A stretch of 64,000 nt of DNA from Octopus sinensis. Its lineage: Eukaryota. The notes below the pieces were generated by a model that made no database searches, was not told the origin of the DNA, and was given only the letters and a program-made list of their open reading frames with translations. How positions within the stretch are numbered: position 1 is the stretch's first letter; each line of letters opens with the position of its first letter. The translations under genes were made by a program, and so were the position numbers. The stretch covers positions 32,364,001 through 32,428,000 of the forward strand of contig NC_043012.1 of NCBI RefSeq assembly GCF_006345805.1, read 5' to 3'. This document shows positions 58,671 through 64,000 of this stretch, one piece after another.

Positions 58671-59270
58671 CACTCAAATTCTAAATAAATATTTTTTTCA
58701 GGTAGGAATTTTTCTTTCAAGTGATATGATTTATATATATTTTTTTTTTAATTCAGCTAAAGAGACATAGTCTTAAATAGTCTTAATTGAATGCAAATTT
58801 TTAGGGAAGCCATGTTTTAATAAAATTTCTTTTGTTTTTTATGTTACAGAAAAAAAGTTCCAAATAATATTTTTGTGCTTATTTGCAAGAAATGGTTCAG
58901 AAAGAAGTATCACAGAATAGGTCAGCTGGGAAGCATAAAGATAAAAATAGTTTTGTATGTAATAATTGTAGTTACAGACTCCTAGAAGAGAAGTGTATGA
59001 ATAGTGCCATTGATGTATTTTGGGTAAGTGATAAAATTATAATGCTTAAGTTGTTGATAAAGAGCTACTAAACATTACAAATAGTTTAACTCTCGCACCT
59101 GATGACTATGGCCTTGACACCAGATTAAGATAGAGCGGATTTGTATCATTTCTTATAAATGGGATCTAAATTTTAAAAATTTACACATCATCATCGTTTA
59201 ACATATATTTTCCATACTGGCATGGATTGGATGGTTTGACAGGAGCTGTCCAGACTTCAATTGTCTGTTC

Positions 59271-59679
59271 GGATCTTTTCGGTTTGAACGGCAGTTTTTT
59301 AACATAATTTCCATGTAACTAAACACTTTTAAACTTCTTATACTGGTAGAATGTGTTTATAAAACATCTTTTTCTCTTGGCTTTCTTGAGAAAATTCTAT
59401 AGTTTGTAAGATATTTGTTGTTTTTTTTCTGCAATTTCAACCAATCAATGATGTCTATTGAGGTGAAAAACATTCTGTGCTGTATGAATATGTCCCTCGT
59501 TTAAGAAACAGATTGGGTTTATTTACATTTTTGAAGAAAAAAAGATACCCTTCCCCTCACCCCTGACCCTAACCCTAAAACAGCTTGAAATGCAATAGAT
59601 CAATACTAGGGTCATAATTATGGGTGACAATTTCATATGACACCGCTAGAAAAAATTGTCATTCAAACCGAAAAGATTC
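59271..59679 (+). mobile_element. MITE copy 3, TSD GTCTGTTC
   Basis: TSD at 59263-59270 and 59680-59687. Confidence 0.92.
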
Positions 59680-60032
59680 GTCTGTTCTAATATAGTTTTT
59701 ATGGCTAGCTGCCTTTCCTAACACTAACCACTCTACAGAATATAACGCGTGCTTTTTACGTGCCATTGGCACAAGTGCATTTATGCAGCACCAGCACAAG
59801 AGTTCAATCGACACTGAACTAACAGCTGTAAACAAAATTACGTGCAATTTACTTCTAAAGTAAGCTAAAAATAATGGCCATCAAATATCAAAAGGAAAAA
59901 AATTATAACATTGACAAAAGTCATTCAAAAATTGTAACTCTATTTGCAAAAAGCGAAATTACTTTCTTGCCAACCTAATAAATGAAAACATATAGATATA
60001 TTATTTGCAATTTAAAGTTTAATAGTTACATT

Positions 60033-60446
60033 GGATCTTTTCGGTTTGAACGGCAGTTTTTTAAAATAATTTCCATGTAACTAACACTTTTAAACTTCGT
60101 ATACTGGTAGAATGTGTTTATAAAACATCTTTTTCTCTTGGCTTTATTGAGAAAATTCTATAGTTTGTAAGATATTTGTTTTTTTTTTTCTTCAATTCTG
60201 CAATTTCAACCAATCAATGATATCTACTGAGGTGAAAACATTCTGTGCCGTATGAATATGTTCCTCGTTTAAGAAACAGATTGGGTTTATTTACATTTTT
60301 GAAGAAAAAAGATACCCTTCCCCTCACCCCTGACCCTAACCCTAAAACAGCTTGAAATGCAATAGATCAATACTAGGGTCATAATTATGGGTGACAATTT
60401 CATATGACACCGCTAGAAAAAATTGTCATTCAAACCGAAAAGATTC
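60033..60446 (+). mobile_element. MITE copy 4, chimera of copies 5 (5' part) and 3 (3' part)
   Basis: Left flank GTTACATT (copy-5 TSD), right flank GTCTGTTC (copy-3 TSD); internal variants switch between 60262 and 60299. Confidence 0.9.
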
Positions 60447-60800
60447 GTCTGTTCTAATATAGTTTTTATGGCTAGCTGCCTTTCCTAACACTAACCACTC
60501 TACAGAATATAACGCGTGCTTTTTACGTGCCATTGGCACAAGTGCATTTATGCAGCACCAGCACAAGAGTTCAATCGACACTGAACTAACAGCTGTAAAC
60601 AAAATTACGTGCAATTTACTTCTAAAGTAAGCTAAAAATAATGGCCATCAAATATCAAAAGGAAAAAAATTATAACATTGACAAAAGTCATTCAAAAAAT
60701 TGTAACTCTATTTGCAAAAAGCGAAATTACTTTCTTGCCAACCTAATAAATGAAAACATATAGATATATTATTTGCAATTTAAAGTTTAATAGTTACATT

Positions 60801-61219
60801 GGATCTTTTCGGTTTGAACGGCAGTTTTTTAAAATAATTTCCATGTAACTAAACACTTTTAAACTTCGTATACTGGTAGAATGTGTTTATAAAACATCTT
60901 TTTCTCTTGGCTTTATTGAGAAAATTCTATAGTTTGTAAGATATTTGTTTTTTTTTTCTTCAATTTCTGCAATTTCAACCAATCAATGATATCTACTGAG
61001 GTGAAAACATTCTGTGCCGTATGAATATGTTCCTCGTTTAAGAAACAGATTGGGTTTATTTACATTTCTGAAGAAAAAAGATACCCTTCCCCCTAATCCT
61101 AACTAACCCTAACTCTAAAACAGATTGAAATGCAATAGATCGATACTAGGTTCATAATTATGGGTGACAATTTCATATGACACCGCTAGAAAAAACTGCT
61201 GTTCAAACCAAAAAGATCT
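60801..61219 (+). mobile_element. MITE copy 5, TSD GTTACATT
   Basis: TSD at 60793-60800 and 61220-61227. Confidence 0.92.
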
Positions 61220-61575
61220 GTTACATTTTCTAAGCAAGTTCAAATTTAATGACAAAAGTGAAAACACTTGGGTTCCACACAAGCTTATGTTTGATGCTAA
61301 TTACAGAGAGATTGTTCAATCTACAGTTGCGGCCAAAATGTTCAGAACGGCATTGTTTTCGTCAGAAAAGTAAGTATAAGTTTTTATCAAAGTTGTTTTA
61401 TATTCTATAATTTTCACAGACAATAAATACGATATTATTTGTTATTGTCTGAGATTTTGGTGTAATTTAAGAGGATAATACAAAAGTTATGGATGATTTA
61501 GTGATTTACTGCAAAACCCATGACAGCCAAAGTGATCAGAACGGTTGCTTTTACTCCGTGTTTTAGTATATTTAA

Positions 61576-61797
61576 CCCTTTAGTATTTAAACTGGTTATA
61601 TCCGGCCAAAAGTATTCTGCCTGTTTTATGCTCAAACTGGCCAGATCTGGTCTCTCACACCAACCCTACAATATCATTTTAAAAATTAACAGCTACCTCA
61701 TCAAAATCTCATAGCACCAAGATTAATGCCTGATTAGTTCAAGGCAATGTGGATAAAAAAGGATTAATTTTGGCAGAATAATGCGAACACTAAAGGG
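61576..61797. mobile_element. piggyBac-type MITE (family 1, reverse orientation) in TTAA
   Basis: TTAA|CCCTTTAG...CTAAAGGG|TTAA. Confidence 0.78.
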
Positions 61798-62945
61798 TTA
61801 ACCAGCGAACTCTAATGTTTTGAATTTGTTTACGTGACGGTTCGTTTATTAAACATTAGTAAGAATATCTGCAGTGTACTTTGTTAATATAATGCCACTT
61901 ACTCCGTTACCAAGTTTTGATTGGGGATAGAACGGCAAGAGATATGGAACAAGGAATGAGGAGAATTAAGCTATCAAAGTTTTAATAGGGGACAGGACAA
62001 AGTATGGGAGATAAGAATGTGAATTGAACGGGAGAAACGAATAATTATCATTATAGAGAGACAAATAATTATCATAATAAACTTAACGAGATAGGACTAA
62101 AATTAAAATTATATTTGAGGGGACAATATCAATGGTTAGCTCATGAAAAACAAACAGTAAATAAATAATACATTTTAAGTGTTAATGGCGAATGTAGTAC
62201 GAGGGATCGAAAGAAATGAAATGAGTAGATCTTAGCTTGCTTTGGACATCGTTGGCCGATATATATATATATATATAATATACATGTATATGTTTTTGCT
62301 TGTGCCCCTACCATCACTTGACAACTGATGTTGGTGCGTCTACATCCCTGTAACTTAGCGATTTGGCAAAAGCGGTCAATAGAATAAGTACTAGGCTTAC
62401 CAAGAATAAGTCTTGGGGTTGATTTGTTTGACTAAAGGCGGTGCTCGAGCATGGCCACAGTCAAATGACTGAAACAAGTAAAAGAGTAAAAAGTAAGGCT
62501 GAAGAGTTGTAGAGAAATGGATATATATATATATATATATATATATCATCGTTTAACGTCTGCTTTCCATGCTGCCATGGGTTGGACGATTTGACTGAGG
62601 GCTGGCGAACCAGATGGCTGCACCAGGCTCCAATCTTGATGTGGCAATGTTTCTACAGCTGGGTGCCCTTCCTAACACCAACCACTCCCTGAGTGTAGTG
62701 GGTGCTTTTATGTGCCACCGGCACAGGGGCCAGTCAAGAAGTACTGGCAATGGCCATGCTCAAAAGGTGTTTTTACGTGCCACTTGCACAGGAGCCAGTC
62801 TAGCGGCACTGGCAACAATCCCACTCAAATATTTTTCACGTGCCACCAGCAACGCTGGTAATGATCACGCTCGAATGGTGCTTTTTTCACGCCACTGGCA
62901 CGGAAGCCAGTCAGCTGCTCTAGCAACGATCACGCTCGGATGGTG

Positions 62946-62982
<37 letters not shown>

Positions 62983-63429
62983 CACACACACATACATATA
63001 TATATATGTAGAGAGAGAAGGAGAGGGAGAGAGTACTGTTCTATTACTGGTAGGATCAACAGAAAAAGTACTCCATTCAGTGAAAAATAAATATTGAATA
63101 AACACAGAATTTAAATGTGAACAACTGTAAGTTTCATGCTCTGATAGAACAGCAATCATACAAGCTTGTCAAGTATGCTGTGTACTATCCAGTAACCGTT
63201 CAGGCTCAAGATAAACATGGCTGCTCTCTAAAAACTGTAAGAAAGAACAGGCCTGAACAAGGGGGGGGGAAATAGAAAGGAACAAATAAAAGCAAAGCTT
63301 GGTTGGAAGTAAAGGAAATAAGACTGGTGTCCCTTTGGCCTGTTAAAATGAGAATCAGCAATGGTTGGTGAAGGTTAATTCGATGAGGAAGAGTTAAAGT
63401 TTGTAAGGCTATATACCTAATCCAGACAT

Positions 63430-63635
63430 GTGGTCTTCTCTAGTTCAAAAGTAGAAACTTGGCAAGGTGTTTGCATTTTGTGAAAAGCTCTAGTCTTGAG
63501 TCTAGTAATTTAGAGGAGTTCTTAGATTTATCCTTTTTAAATCTAAGAATTTCACTGACCTGAACTTGAGATTGGAATGCTTCACAAAATGCAAACATCT
63601 TTTCAAGTTTCTACTATTGAACTAGAGAACACTAC
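63430..63635 (+). other. 206-nt long imperfect hairpin with G.T-biased pairing on the + strand
   Basis: Arms paired base by base (for example 63436-63484 with 63581-63629, and 63515-63530 with 63538-63553); 7-nt terminal loop TCCTTTT. Confidence 0.85.
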
Positions 63636-64000
63636 CCACTCTGGGTTAAGCCATGCTTAACAAACTTTAATCTTTCCCCATCAAATTAACCTTCACAAAC
63701 CATGGTTAATTCCCATTGTAACAGGTCAAAGCGACACAAATCTTATTTCCTTTCCCTCCAAGCTTTTCTTTTTCTCATTTCTTCCTTTTTTTTCTTTATC
63801 TGTTTTGTTCTCTCATACTTTTTCTCCAACAGCAGCCATGTTCATTTAGAGCCTGAAAGATCAAAGAAGAAGGAGGAGGAGGAGGAGAGAGAGCGAGGGA
63901 GAAAGGAGGAGAAAGAGGCAGAGAAGAAAAAATAAAAATCAACAAAGCAATTCTTAATTTTTGAGAATTTTAAGCCACTTGATTTTGAGGTCCTTAGAAA

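Overview
AT-rich, repeat-dense eukaryotic genomic DNA. The SINE and MITE families point to an octopus or other coleoid cephalopod (inference). The window holds one essentially complete protein-coding gene, HMG-CoA reductase (HMGCR, minus strand). I reconstructed 21 coding exons (13724-56797) with canonical GT-AG sites and a continuous frame: 826 aa, or 813 aa from the Met that aligns with vertebrate Met1. All catalytic motifs are intact. Several regulatory motifs known from mammals are altered: Insig-binding YIYF reads SLYL, ubiquitin acceptor K89 reads His, and the AMPK serine after HNR reads Ala. Main non-genic signals: (1) Intron 4 carries a 5'-truncated Penelope-like retroelement (RT YRDD motif to GIY-YIG endonuclease) folded into a ~7.4-kb palindrome with ~3.28-kb near-identical arms. 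Each arm carries a type-I hammerhead ribozyme with an unusually long structured helix II, and one copy is sense to the HMGCR pre-mRNA. (2) An isolated perfect 40-bp inverted pair in introns 14 and 17 brackets three catalytic exons totalling 285 nt; these could be skipped in frame or circularised into a stop-free circle. (3) A 206-nt hairpin near the right end has 10 G.T wobble pairs and no A.C pairs in its helices on the + strand. (4) A MITE cluster whose 8-bp target-site duplications record an unequal crossover. The remainder is SINEs, LINE fragments, piggyBac-, mariner- and Helitron-type non-autonomous elements, and microsatellites. All family names come from motif recognition, not database searches.
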